DNA from: a bacterium
GTDB lineage: Bacteria > Patescibacteriota > Dojkabacteria > GCA-016699595 > JBAXKR01
Assembly (NCBI GenBank): GCA_037131125.1
Contig: JBAXRR010000002.1
Location: 21,605 to 85,604, forward strand
Direction: 5' to 3'
DNA length: 64,000 bases
Shown: positions 1-9,025 of the stretch, piece after piece
Layout of the letters: each line of letters starts with the position of its first letter
How positions within the stretch are numbered: the stretch's first letter is position 1
Translations under genes and position numbers: made by a program
Notes under the pieces: generated by a model
Databases searched by the model: none
What the model saw: only the letters and a program-made list of their open reading frames with translations
What the model was told of the DNA's origin: nothing

Positions 1-565
1 AAAATGCATTACTTTCATTAAGTACCTCCGATAATATTTGAGAATTGGGATTCTGAAGAAAAACAATACTATCATTACTAATATCTTTATCAAATTCTCC
101 ATAACTTGGAGATGGGATTTGAAGAGTTTCAAGTACAGGTGCTGTTTCAAGTGAAGGATAGTCAGTTTCTACATTCTTAAGTCCTGTTGTAATTTTGTAA
201 TAGTACTTCGAATTAGGTTTCAGTCCTGTTATTGTTACATGATGAGTATACCTATCTTTTGATTCTGATCTATCATCTTGAAAGAATTTCTTATTAAATT
301 GATTAAATATACTGAAGTTATTGAATTCATTAACTACAACATATGGATTACTTGGTTCACTTGTTAGAAAAGTTACCGTTGCACTACTGTCTGTAATGTT
401 TGTGATTTGAAGATTACTAACAATAAGAGATGGTTCAGATAAATACTTGATAACTATAGTAAAAAGAATTAGTGAGATAATGACTACGGAAGTAGCGATT
501 AAAAGCTTTATCCCTCTAAAGGCAACAAAGTGATTAACGATTATATTCTTCTCATTTAATTTCAT
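1..565 (-). CDS. Membrane-anchored fibronectin-III/purple-acid-phosphatase-N-like domain protein (runs off window start); paralog of 585..3131
   Basis: Manual translation from ATG at 565: MKLNEKNIIV...TM...LQITNITDSSATVTF...FFQDDRS...RYTHHVTITGLKPNSKYYYKI...YPSLET, open to the window edge; colinear with the N-terminus of 585..3131. Not in the ORF track. Confidence 0.85.
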   Translation of the reverse strand, partial: MKLNEKNIIVNHFVAFRGIKLLIATSVVIISLILFTIVIKYLSEPSLIVSNLQITNITDSSATVTFLTSEPSNPYVVVNEFNNFSIFNQFNKKFFQDDRSESKDRYTHHVTITGLKPNSKYYYKITTGLKNVETDYPSLETAPVLETLQIPSPSYGEFDKDISNDSIVFLQNPNSQILSEVLNESNAF

Positions 566-584
566 TCGGACTAATTATTATCAC

Positions 585-3131
585 TTAGTATGTATTTACA
601 CTCTTGCCACCCTTCGTAGCTCTTACAAAATATCCAGATGTTTCATCTATTACAAAGTCTTGACCATATACTGTTCCTGAATCTTTTACTAAGTTTCCAT
701 ATCTTCCATCTGAATACTTAGTTACTGTATCTACAGTAACTCCATCTGTTTTGTTAATCCCATCTAACAATACTGAAGCCTTCTTATTTGCATCTGTTCT
801 AAAGCCTAGAAGATTCCATCCAGTAGAAACATATACTGGATTTTGTTTTTCGATTTTCTTTCCATCTAATTTCAATGTTACTGCTTGATGAACTCTCACG
901 AAGTATCCTTCTCCTGGAACTAGATTGTAATCTTGTCCTAATACAATCCCAGCTCTTTGACTATACATTACCCATTTACCGTTTCTATATGTTGCAACAT
1001 GTGTAGCATATCCTCCCTGATTAGTAATCTCATCTAAAAGATTCTTTGCTGTTTTGATGCTAGAACTGACTAAATTAAAACTAATTAAGTTCCAGCCCAC
1101 TTTTAAATCCCAAATAGTAGTATCACTTACTTTCTCAATCTTTACATCAAGAGGAGTAGTTATGAATGGCTCATTATCTTGTTTTATTCCATCTCCATTT
1201 AAATCCTCAAAGAAGTTAATTTTCAAATTATTACTATCTATGACCTTAACCTCTTTATTTGTTAAATTATATCCACTGATTGAATTTATTTTGTATGTCC
1301 CAATACCATCGACTGGAACAGTAGTTTGAGAACTAGAATCGCTCACTCCAAGAACAGCTGCAGCATTAAGGTTACTTTGGATATGGTTATTCATTGCTGG
1401 CTTCGGTCCTACACCAACATAACTTCCATGTCCACAAACCTTAACTCCAGTGTTTGATAGGACTACAGATGTACCCGATGGACAGCAATTGTGTGGTGAA
1501 GTATCAACATCCGAATCGCTAACACAGACCATTGAACCAGACATTTTACCCTGGCAATCTAAACCTTTTCCACATTGATCTACATTTGTAGCTTTTACTA
1601 CTTCTTTTGAAGGAGAATTTACAACGGAAGTTGTTGTTGTAAGATTTGGAATGGAATTTGAATCTCCGCAAAACTTAGATTCTCCTCGGGTAACTACAGA
1701 TTTTCCAGATGCACAACAATATATTGTCGTCGAGTTAGTTGGATCCGTACATGGGGATGCCCCATCCATTTTACCTTGACAATCTAAACCTTTTCCACAT
1801 TTAGGAAGTGTAAGTGTAGAAAGGTTACTTGGATTTCCGCATCTTTCCACTCCATTATCCAAGGTCTTACTCTGACCTGGTGGACAGCAACTCACATGGG
1901 TACCATCTGTTTGAACACATTCAGACGAACCTGTGATATATGTCCCACACGTTAAACCTTCAATGTTGCCACATGGTTTCACATCAGCACCTGGTGTTGG
2001 GACTAGGTCTGGCACTTTATTTGGCTTTGTATCACTAGGCGCAGCTACTGGCTTCTTACACTCATCAGCTTTCCCTGCTTTGTTTTCTTGACACTGACCT
2101 ACTCCACAAGGGTTTGAAACACTACCGATACCTTTACCGCTACAATGATATAAATCGCCACCTCCACCACAGTAATCACCTGCGGTTAGACATGCTTGTT
2201 TCGCAAGATCTTCTTTTGCTTTTACATCACCCTCCTGTTTAAGTCCAGTTCCAGTGGTTGTTGCTGGGGCTTGTGTTGGTGTATCAGAACATACTTCAGT
2301 ACTTTCTCCATGTGAACCCCAACACTTACCATATCCATCTGGTCCATTTGGCTTATCTGAAGGACATGGGCGACAGACTCTAGCTGCATATACAGAATCT
2401 ATAATATTTGTCGATAATGAAAATACTGAACTAACAATAGTTCCTGAATCTACTATCTTTGTTAGATCCATTGGTTGATCTACACCGACAGCTGATTCAT
2501 AAGAAGTAAAACTATCTTTTGTATATATGCTTATTTTAATCTTGTCACCCTGCTTATATGTACCTCTTGTGTTTGTCTTATCTAACGAGAAGGCTCTTGT
2601 ATCATTTAGGTAGGTAGATAGTTCAAGACCGTCATTTATTTTTGCATATACTATTGAGTCCAAAGTAGTTTCAGTTGGAAAAGATCCATACATAGGATCA
2701 GGAGTTACTAAATCATCATTTACTTTAAGTGTTTCTAAAGATGGATATGTAGTTTCAAATGTTTTAAACATTCCAGCAATTCTATAGTAGTACTTACTTT
2801 CAGGATTAAGATTTGTAACTGTTACATGATGAGTAAATCTTGATGTTGTAGTATTCACATCTCTATCATCAAAGAATCTTGGTTTACTAAAATTTGTCAG
2901 TATATCGAATTTGTTATCTGAAGATACAATTACTGCTCCTCTTGATGCCTCATTGCTCTCCCAAGAAACAGTTGCAGAAGAATCTGTTAAATTAGTTATC
3001 CTAATATTCTTCGCATTAATTACAGGGTCGGTAATATATGAATACAAAAGGTAAATCAACATTATTCCAACTCCAACTGAAATTGCAATTAGAAAAACTT
3101 TACCAAATGTAGCCAATTTTTTACCAGTCAT
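585..3131 (-). CDS. Surface protein: N-terminal TM, Fn3-like domain, Cys-rich repeats, DxNxDG motif, duplicated C-terminal GWNL...GYFV domain
   Basis: 848 aa; ITNLTDSSATVSW and HHVTVTNLNPESKYYYRI; three 6-Cys repeats; FEDLNGDGIKQDNEP; VGWNLISF..GEGYFV and TGWNLLGF..TSGYFV. Confidence 0.8.
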   Translation of the reverse strand: MTGKKLATFGKVFLIAISVGVGIMLIYLLYSYITDPVINAKNIRITNLTDSSATVSWESNEASRGAVIVSSDNKFDILTNFSKPRFFDDRDVNTTTSRFTHHVTVTNLNPESKYYYRIAGMFKTFETTYPSLETLKVNDDLVTPDPMYGSFPTETTLDSIVYAKINDGLELSTYLNDTRAFSLDKTNTRGTYKQGDKIKISIYTKDSFTSYESAVGVDQPMDLTKIVDSGTIVSSVFSLSTNIIDSVYAARVCRPCPSDKPNGPDGYGKCWGSHGESTEVCSDTPTQAPATTTGTGLKQEGDVKAKEDLAKQACLTAGDYCGGGGDLYHCSGKGIGSVSNPCGVGQCQENKAGKADECKKPVAAPSDTKPNKVPDLVPTPGADVKPCGNIEGLTCGTYITGSSECVQTDGTHVSCCPPGQSKTLDNGVERCGNPSNLSTLTLPKCGKGLDCQGKMDGASPCTDPTNSTTIYCCASGKSVVTRGESKFCGDSNSIPNLTTTTSVVNSPSKEVVKATNVDQCGKGLDCQGKMSGSMVCVSDSDVDTSPHNCCPSGTSVVLSNTGVKVCGHGSYVGVGPKPAMNNHIQSNLNAAAVLGVSDSSSQTTVPVDGIGTYKINSISGYNLTNKEVKVIDSNNLKINFFEDLNGDGIKQDNEPFITTPLDVKIEKVSDTTIWDLKVGWNLISFNLVSSSIKTAKNLLDEITNQGGYATHVATYRNGKWVMYSQRAGIVLGQDYNLVPGEGYFVRVHQAVTLKLDGKKIEKQNPVYVSTGWNLLGFRTDANKKASVLLDGINKTDGVTVDTVTKYSDGRYGNLVKDSGTVYGQDFVIDETSGYFVRATKGGKSVNTY

Positions 3132-3207
3132 TTTTAAAGATATATAATTTAATACTACTATATTAATTAGTATTCAAAGAGAATGCAATTCATTCAAATA
3201 TATTCGT

Positions 3208-4116
3208 TTGATAAATTTTTATCTCCAATGTATCTTAGAAATTACTATGTCACTGCAATCTTACAAAAAGGCTCCAATAAAAAATAAAGAGATATCACAT
3301 GAGGAAGTTCGAGATTTACTGATAATAAAAAAGAAACAAAAAGATGAGGTTAAAGAAAGCTCACTATGGAAAAATATTAGTAGTAGTTACCATAAGTTTT
3401 TAAAGAACTATTCTGGATCCCGTTGGATTGGATTAATCGTCCCTTCAATATTCATACTACTTGGAATAATTTTGTTAATAACTCAAATTACTCCACAAAT
3501 TCTTGCATTTATTCAAACAAATATTTTGAATAACAGTTTGAGTCCAATATCCGCAGTAAATGAAAACTATTACAAAGATAAACTAGCATATATATCCTCT
3601 CCTCAAAGTGGATACTTTTCAGAAATAATCTCATCATCTAATTTTGGAGGAACAGATACTGTAAGCTCTAACTATAAAGGTTCATTCTACTTAGATATTC
3701 CTAAGATTAATACAGTTCATGCAAAAGTAACTGCTAATGTAAAAAGTGATATAGAAAGTACATACAAACCAATTCTTGAAAGTAGTTTAGCTCACTTCGC
3801 AGGTACTCCAATCCCAGGACAAAATGGCAATGTCTTTATATATGGTCACTCAATAGATCCAACTGTGTATAGATACGATCCGAACAATCCAGTTGTAGAA
3901 TTTACAAAGTTAGGAGGACTTAATACTGGAGATAAAATATATGTAGAAATGGATACAAAGAAGATTGAATATACTGTTAGTCAAATAAAGATTATTAATC
4001 CAACAGATACAAATGTGTTAGATAACAAAGGTGGTAAAACACTTACACTTATGACTTGTTATCCATTTGGAAATAACGCAAAAAGACTTATTGTAATTGC
4101 TAGACAAGAAGACTAA
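3208..4116 (+). CDS. Sortase (class D/E-like transpeptidase); likely start 3247
   Basis: N-terminal TM; LAHFAGTPIPGQNGNVFIYGHS (His), TLMTCYP (TLxTC Cys), KRLIV (Arg). Confidence 0.92.
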   Translation: MINFYLQCILEITMSLQSYKKAPIKNKEISHEEVRDLLIIKKKQKDEVKESSLWKNISSSYHKFLKNYSGSRWIGLIVPSIFILLGIILLITQITPQILAFIQTNILNNSLSPISAVNENYYKDKLAYISSPQSGYFSEIISSSNFGGTDTVSSNYKGSFYLDIPKINTVHAKVTANVKSDIESTYKPILESSLAHFAGTPIPGQNGNVFIYGHSIDPTVYRYDPNNPVVEFTKLGGLNTGDKIYVEMDTKKIEYTVSQIKIINPTDTNVLDNKGGKTLTLMTCYPFGNNAKRLIVIARQED

Positions 4117-4931
4117 TCCTTCTCTACTTCCTCTATATCTTCGTTATTAATAGCCGATCTTCCAAGTTGTTTTTCAATCTCATCTTTTGCAACTTTAGAA
4201 ACACTACCACCTTTCATTACTACATCAATATTTTGCTTCATATCTTGAGGTGCTTTTTCTTTAGATATTTCAGTAGTTGAAACTTCAGCCAACATATTAA
4301 GAACAGATTCAAGATTTGTCATGTTATCTTTTAAGTTCTCTTTACGAAGTCCTTTAAGTTTTTTGTATTCCTTTACACTCATACCAGACCATGTTTCAGT
4401 TAAAAGGTTGGAAAGAATAGCAAAATCAGTTTCTTCTTTTACACCTCTTTCTCTCCATTCATCTGTTAATTCTTTTCGAATCTCAATACTTTTAAGTCTT
4501 TGATTAATCCAATCCGGTGAGTATCCTTTTTGAAGATAAGTTCTAATAGTTCTATTAATAGCTAATTCAGGATCTTCAGTTTCCTGAATCCTTTGGTATC
4601 CAACCTCAGCAAGCCATAACTTAAAAGGTTCCGCTTTAGGAGATGGAATAGATTGGATTAATCTGAGTATAGTTTCTGTGTCTGCAACATCAGTCTCTCG
4701 TAATTTTCCATCTGGAGCTAACATTTTAAAACGTCCGATTTTATCGGACAGTTGACTTCCCTCTTTTTCTAGTTTTACCTTTAAATCATTCCAATATTTT
4801 CTTGGACGGTCTGTTTCTGTTAATACCTCAACTATATCAATGACAGAAAAATACCAGAGTTCTTTTTCATTATCCCAGTGCCTTCTTACTTTCTTTCCAT
4901 TAAAAAGAATTATTGAGTTTTCTTTATTCAT
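4113..4931 (-). CDS. Bro-N domain (phage antirepressor-like) DNA-binding protein
   Basis: KVRRHWD..WYFSVIDIV..PRKYWNDLK..DGKLRETDVAD..RLIQSIPSPKAEPFKLWLA. Confidence 0.85.
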   Translation of the reverse strand: MNKENSIILFNGKKVRRHWDNEKELWYFSVIDIVEVLTETDRPRKYWNDLKVKLEKEGSQLSDKIGRFKMLAPDGKLRETDVADTETILRLIQSIPSPKAEPFKLWLAEVGYQRIQETEDPELAINRTIRTYLQKGYSPDWINQRLKSIEIRKELTDEWRERGVKEETDFAILSNLLTETWSGMSVKEYKKLKGLRKENLKDNMTNLESVLNMLAEVSTTEISKEKAPQDMKQNIDVVMKGGSVSKVAKDEIEKQLGRSAINNEDIEEVEKD

Positions 4932-5059
4932 AGAACTAAAAATATTAACTAATTTTGAAAGGATTGTAACAATGTGAAGGTTAGAAGAAGATTAGAGATC
5001 TGTAAGAAAAGTATTCGAGATGAATGTAAAGAATAATCATTTTTAGATTTATGTTAGGC

Positions 5060-5103
5060 AAAAAAAATAGGTCAGAGTGTAAATAAATACAAACTAACCT
5101 ATT
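5060..5103 (-). terminator. Intrinsic terminator after the Cys-rich 662-aa gene
   Basis: Minus strand AATAGGTTAG...CTGACCTATT stem (one G-U) running into a T tract, 13 nt after the stop codon. Confidence 0.7.
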
Positions 5104-5116
5104 AAAATCTCAGTTA

Positions 5117-7105
5117 CTATTCTTCGTCACTTTCTATGACACTCTTCTCATATTCCTTCTTTGCTAGTTCTGGATCAACATACTTAAGTATAGAAGTTCC
5201 AAATACACCAACTAGTGCTGGAGTTAAAAGACTCATTACCACTTTACTTCTAAGAAGAATAATTCCTAATAGGATTAATACAAATCCAAACATTAATCCT
5301 AGTCTATTGTCATCAAATAATGCAGTTGAAGGTACTGAGGATGTACCACAGCTACATTCATTAGCATTTGGACATGCTGGATTTCTACATTGTCCTTTAC
5401 TACATGCATAACCATTTGGACATTGATCATTTGTTGTACAAGTTGATCCACATGTTGAACATGTACATCCATTTAAACATTTACCTCCATTAGCACACTG
5501 TCCTACTGATCCAACTGGATCACACATTTCTCCAGCATCTACTGTTCCATTACCACACTGAGGAACTGGTGCAGAACAATTTGTATATTTAAATCTAAAT
5601 CCTCTAAATCCAGTACCCGTAGCTAAATTACTAGCTGCAGTAATTTTACAATTAGCATAACTACTCTTTGCACTTGAACTATCACAATAGAAGTTTGGAG
5701 TCACTCCTGTTGAACATCCAGCTGGAGTTAGAGCACTTGTTGCTGCCATACAATTCTCAGCAAACTTAGTTTTTAACTGAGATGTTGGAAGTCCGTTATT
5801 AAATGTACTTGGTAATGTAGCAACATCTGCAGCTACTATTACACCAGCTGTAGAAAAACTAAATTGAGAACTTGTATAGTATCCATCTGCATCTGTAGTT
5901 GCATTAATAGTTGTTGAACCATATGTTACAGCAACAGTTGCACCTGCTATAGGAACTGGTTGTCCACCAGTATCCTGACAATATACCCTACCACCAATCA
6001 TGGCATCTAGAGAAGAGGGAATAATAGGGGCACTTGAAACTGTTGAAGAAGATTTACTAGTTGAAGTTGTAGGTTTAATTGTACAGTTTGCACATTTGTT
6101 AATGTTGTTTGCACCACACTGTGTTCCTGGACAATTAAAATCCAATTGGCCACAATCTGGAATAGCAACATTACAATCTACTGCATGACAATTCTTTCTA
6201 CATTCTTGTCCACCATTGTAATCACATTGACTACCACATTCACATAACTGACATGAACCAGATGCATTACTCGAACCAGCACATAACGCGCTATTTGCGC
6301 CACTATTTAAAATACACTGTCCAAAATTTGCTGAGTTTGGTGTTTTATTTAAACAATACCCTGCCTGACAACTTCCTGCTACACATGCAACATTTTGGTT
6401 AACTGCTGACCCCAAACTACCTGGAGAACCTGCTGTCCCCCCAACACATTTATACTGACATAAATCAGTTCTTCCTGCTACACAGTTTCCAGGGCCACAC
6501 CAAACATCTCCTGAAGCAGTACATCCTCCAGAAGCTCCACCAGAATTATTCCAACACCCCCCAACAGCTTTACATGCAGCTTCATTACCAGAAATGTTTT
6601 GACAAGAATTATTTACACAAACTTGATCACCATTGCAAGCTGGACCACTTCCACATTTAGAAGGTGTCGTCGAAACTGCTTTACAACTTCCACCATCTAC
6701 ATGATTTCCATTGTTACAAAAAGAAGCCCCACCATTAACATTAAAATCACCATTTGAATAATGTGCACGAACACACCCTACCTGCCCTCCGCTTGGTGTA
6801 CAACAAATATCAACACAGTATTGTGGATCTCCCTGTGGACTTCCTGCATCATTAGACTTGTTGGATTGCGTCGTGTCACCTGTACAACTAGCAGCAACTG
6901 TTTTTCCAGTTTCAGTTTGTGACCAACATTTATTGTCTTTATCAGGTCCTTGATAACCACCTGGACATGAACAAGATGATGCTTTTGTTGGTGCAGATAT
7001 TTGATTCTGTTGAAGCCTATATCCTACGAATACAGCGACTCCTCCTAGGACAATCGTAGAAACAATCATTATAATTAGAATAATTCTTGTTTTGTTAAGT
7101 CTCAT
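5117..7105 (-). CDS. Cys-rich exported protein with carboxypeptidase-regulatory-like domain and putative sortase signal (VPSTA-TM)
   Basis: N-terminal hydrophobic segment; dozens of Cys; GRVY..PIAGATVAV..ATTDADGYY; CGNGTVDAGEMCD; VPSTALF followed by TM and RSK. Confidence 0.8.
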   Translation of the reverse strand: MRLNKTRIILIIMIVSTIVLGGVAVFVGYRLQQNQISAPTKASSCSCPGGYQGPDKDNKCWSQTETGKTVAASCTGDTTQSNKSNDAGSPQGDPQYCVDICCTPSGGQVGCVRAHYSNGDFNVNGGASFCNNGNHVDGGSCKAVSTTPSKCGSGPACNGDQVCVNNSCQNISGNEAACKAVGGCWNNSGGASGGCTASGDVWCGPGNCVAGRTDLCQYKCVGGTAGSPGSLGSAVNQNVACVAGSCQAGYCLNKTPNSANFGQCILNSGANSALCAGSSNASGSCQLCECGSQCDYNGGQECRKNCHAVDCNVAIPDCGQLDFNCPGTQCGANNINKCANCTIKPTTSTSKSSSTVSSAPIIPSSLDAMIGGRVYCQDTGGQPVPIAGATVAVTYGSTTINATTDADGYYTSSQFSFSTAGVIVAADVATLPSTFNNGLPTSQLKTKFAENCMAATSALTPAGCSTGVTPNFYCDSSSAKSSYANCKITAASNLATGTGFRGFRFKYTNCSAPVPQCGNGTVDAGEMCDPVGSVGQCANGGKCLNGCTCSTCGSTCTTNDQCPNGYACSKGQCRNPACPNANECSCGTSSVPSTALFDDNRLGLMFGFVLILLGIILLRSKVVMSLLTPALVGVFGTSILKYVDPELAKKEYEKSVIESDEE

Positions 7106-7182
7106 ACCTGACAGATAACATGTATATAAATATACCGATGATATAGACTAATAAATTTCTAATATGAAGTAAAGAGATTTGA

Positions 7183-9012
7183 TTATTTTCCTGGCCATTT
7201 CATATCCCAATCTTTCACAAGATACCTTGCTTCAAATTGTTCTTTGCTTAGAGGATATAGATATGTAAGAGGATAATAGTAAAAATAACTAACAAGAGAT
7301 GCTAAAACAATCAAAGCAAATATTACTCCCTTAATTATTATCGCAGGATTTCCTGAAGTATCTAATTTACTTGCAAGATTTTTCATTGCTGATATTACTT
7401 TGTTTTCTTTCTTCATAGATCCCTCTACTTTCTTTTCAAATTCTTCTCTTTGTTGTCCCTTTGTTTCTGTAAATACTCTTTGGTTCAATACTCTATCTAC
7501 TGCTTGCATAACTACATCTTTAAGAGCAACTCCGAAGATAATAAAGGAGAACATAAGTGCTGGAATGTAATGATAAAGATACATAACTCTTGAAATGAAG
7601 GCATAAGGTAACCAATTTGCAAAGAAAAGCATGATAAGGAGAGCATGAACAATGTTAATTCTTCTTCCTTCAAAGAAATCCACAATAATCTTAGAAAAAA
7701 GTAATACTATTCCAATTATTCCAAATGCCCAATTAATTGGATTTCCCATTAGATAAACAAATGAATACTCCTCTGAGTTATCTGTTTGCCAGTAGTAACT
7801 TATTGTTCTTGACATAATTGGCCAAGTTAACCACTTACTTCCAATCTCATCCTTCTTTGTAAAGTCTAATTCAGGAACATATCTTTCATATTTATTCGAC
7901 AACTCATATTGAGAATATAGTTTACAAAGGAAAGTAGCGTTATGAGTACCATTCTTTAAGTCATTGTAATAGTCGGGACAGTAGTCTCTAATTTCCTCAG
8001 CAGAGTCAGCGAAGGTAGTTATTTTACTAAAGTGCCATGCAAATACTCCTGAGTAGACTATAAATGCTAGAGCAATAACTACTAAAACCTTAGCAGTTAC
8101 ACTCAAAATATATTTAGCAAAAACTATTCGACTTGAATCTCTCCATGCTTTCATTTTTCTTTTGAGTATTTCAACTGCAACTCCAGTACTTGGTAATACT
8201 GATCCTCTTTTAAGTAGTCTTTCAGAAACAAGATCTAAATACTTTGAATCTTGCCTTGCTTGTCTTACAGAAATTAGAATTAGAATAAATGGGAGAACAG
8301 ATAATGCAAACCATTTTGTTGAAACCGCAGTTCCTAAAGCTAAACCAGTAATTAATAGGTATATATTACTTTCATTCAATAGATACTTAATTGTGTAAAG
8401 GATCTTTGAAGTCTTAAACTTAGAAAGTGAGAAATGATTAAGCGCAGATTTGTAGTACTTAATTGAAAAATATATTGGAAGTAACATAAAGAAAAGTAGA
8501 AACTGCGTAATAAGTGCATATCTAGATTCTACTATGAAGATATTTTCAAATACTCCAAGCAGTGACACAAGTAGCGGAAAAAAATAGTTAGGATCTTTTC
8601 TTCTTTTCCAGTTAATAAATTCAAAAGCTACGAGGAATAACATTATGGGAACTAAAGATCCAAATACTCTTGGAAAGAATCTAATTCCGTCCATGTTAAG
8701 TGGAGTCTTGTAGTTATCTACTTTATTTGCAAGCTTAGATGGATCTATTAAACTAGTTGCACTAGGATTGAACATCTTCATTCCATAGTACATGAACATA
8801 CGTGCAAGATGAGGATGGGGATCAAAGAAATACTTTCCAACTGCATAACTTTCAACTTGAGGAACAAAGTAAGATTCATCAAACACCATTCCATTTGTTG
8901 GACTTACAGGTGGATAGAATCTTGTAAGAATAGATATGGTAAGGAGAAATATAACAATAGTTATTTTAGTAATATCTATCTCTTTGATTTTTTTTATCAG
9001 TGTATTCTTCAA
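7183..9012 (-). CDS. Protein O-mannosyltransferase (PMT/GT39 family)
   Basis: VFDESYF (DE motif), FFDPHPHLAR, ESRYAL, STKW, SKWLTWP, GNPINW, RVMYLYHYIPA; multiple TMs. Confidence 0.85.
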   Translation of the reverse strand: MKNTLIKKIKEIDITKITIVIFLLTISILTRFYPPVSPTNGMVFDESYFVPQVESYAVGKYFFDPHPHLARMFMYYGMKMFNPSATSLIDPSKLANKVDNYKTPLNMDGIRFFPRVFGSLVPIMLFLVAFEFINWKRRKDPNYFFPLLVSLLGVFENIFIVESRYALITQFLLFFMLLPIYFSIKYYKSALNHFSLSKFKTSKILYTIKYLLNESNIYLLITGLALGTAVSTKWFALSVLPFILILISVRQARQDSKYLDLVSERLLKRGSVLPSTGVAVEILKRKMKAWRDSSRIVFAKYILSVTAKVLVVIALAFIVYSGVFAWHFSKITTFADSAEEIRDYCPDYYNDLKNGTHNATFLCKLYSQYELSNKYERYVPELDFTKKDEIGSKWLTWPIMSRTISYYWQTDNSEEYSFVYLMGNPINWAFGIIGIVLLFSKIIVDFFEGRRINIVHALLIMLFFANWLPYAFISRVMYLYHYIPALMFSFIIFGVALKDVVMQAVDRVLNQRVFTETKGQQREEFEKKVEGSMKKENKVISAMKNLASKLDTSGNPAIIIKGVIFALIVLASLVSYFYYYPLTYLYPLSKEQFEARYLVKDWDMKWPGK

Positions 9013-9025
9013 TTCAATATATATC

